The translations under genes and the position numbers were made by a program. From the NCBI GenBank assembly GCA_964016885.1, contig OZ024741.1, positions 194,804,057 through 194,868,000 on the forward strand: DNA of 63,944 nucleotides, in the 5' to 3' direction. This DNA comes from Eledone cirrhosa (Eukaryota). Each line of letters starts with the position of its first letter. The first letter of the stretch is position 1. A model generated the notes under the pieces. That model made no database searches. It was not told the origin of the DNA and saw nothing but the letters and a program-made list of their open reading frames with translations. Shown in pieces: positions 63,433 to 63,944 of the stretch.

Positions 63433-63944
63433 AGTATTTTATAAAGTCGGTAGTTTTATACACTGTTTTTTAAACTCTGATACAGTTTTTGTTGTTGTTA
63501 TTGTTGTTGTTGTTTTTGCTTAGCAGCCCTGTGACTAAAAACATTCTAGCTATGGATATCCTGTGTTTTTAGGTGTATATAGGACTGTATTATCTAATAC
63601 ATCGTTTTCCTATTGGAGATATTGGGGTATGATTTGAGTGGAAATTGGCTGCTATTTCTTGAGACCGAGCGACAACGTATAGCGTGTTTCGATTTGCAAA
63701 ACCCATCTGAATATTTGGGAAGAATAAGAATCTAATATTTTGTTTTATTAAAAAACATCAAAAACATTCGATGGGAATAAGATAACTAGTACATCGTTTT
63801 TATAAACAGGATCGATGTTTGAATATCTGTGTGGCATCAGTGTAAGGCCTTACAAAAAAAGCTGTACATATACTCTAGTGATATATATGTAAATATATGA
63901 AAGGCAAGATATAGTAAATTAAAAAAATAAAACAAAGAGGAGAC

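Overview
Eukaryotic, AT-rich, microsatellite-saturated and gene-poor DNA. The SINE families resemble octopus tRNA-derived SINEs, so a cephalopod source is inferred. No host protein-coding gene could be supported; most ORFs in the track are translations of microsatellites. The window is almost entirely decayed mobile DNA: a mariner relic, a Helitron 3' end, two types of Penelope-like element (PLE), L1/Tx1-like, CRE, R4/Dong-like and RTE non-LTR retrotransposons, about 25 SINE copies, and a 4.5-kb hAT element with an 8-bp TSD that holds nested insertions. The main unexplained signal is RNA structure. About a dozen type-I hammerhead ribozyme motifs from about 10 distinct PLE pseudo-LTR-like families were found by eye, most beside (TA)n tracts and often in inverted or palindromic pairs. 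Many have a greatly extended stem II (45-90 nt), a palindromic stem III, or a non-canonical position 4 (CCGANGA/CAGANGA). A CPEB3/HDV-like ribozyme fold sits at the 5' end of the CRE element. Coordinates of decayed elements are approximate and all folds were done by hand.
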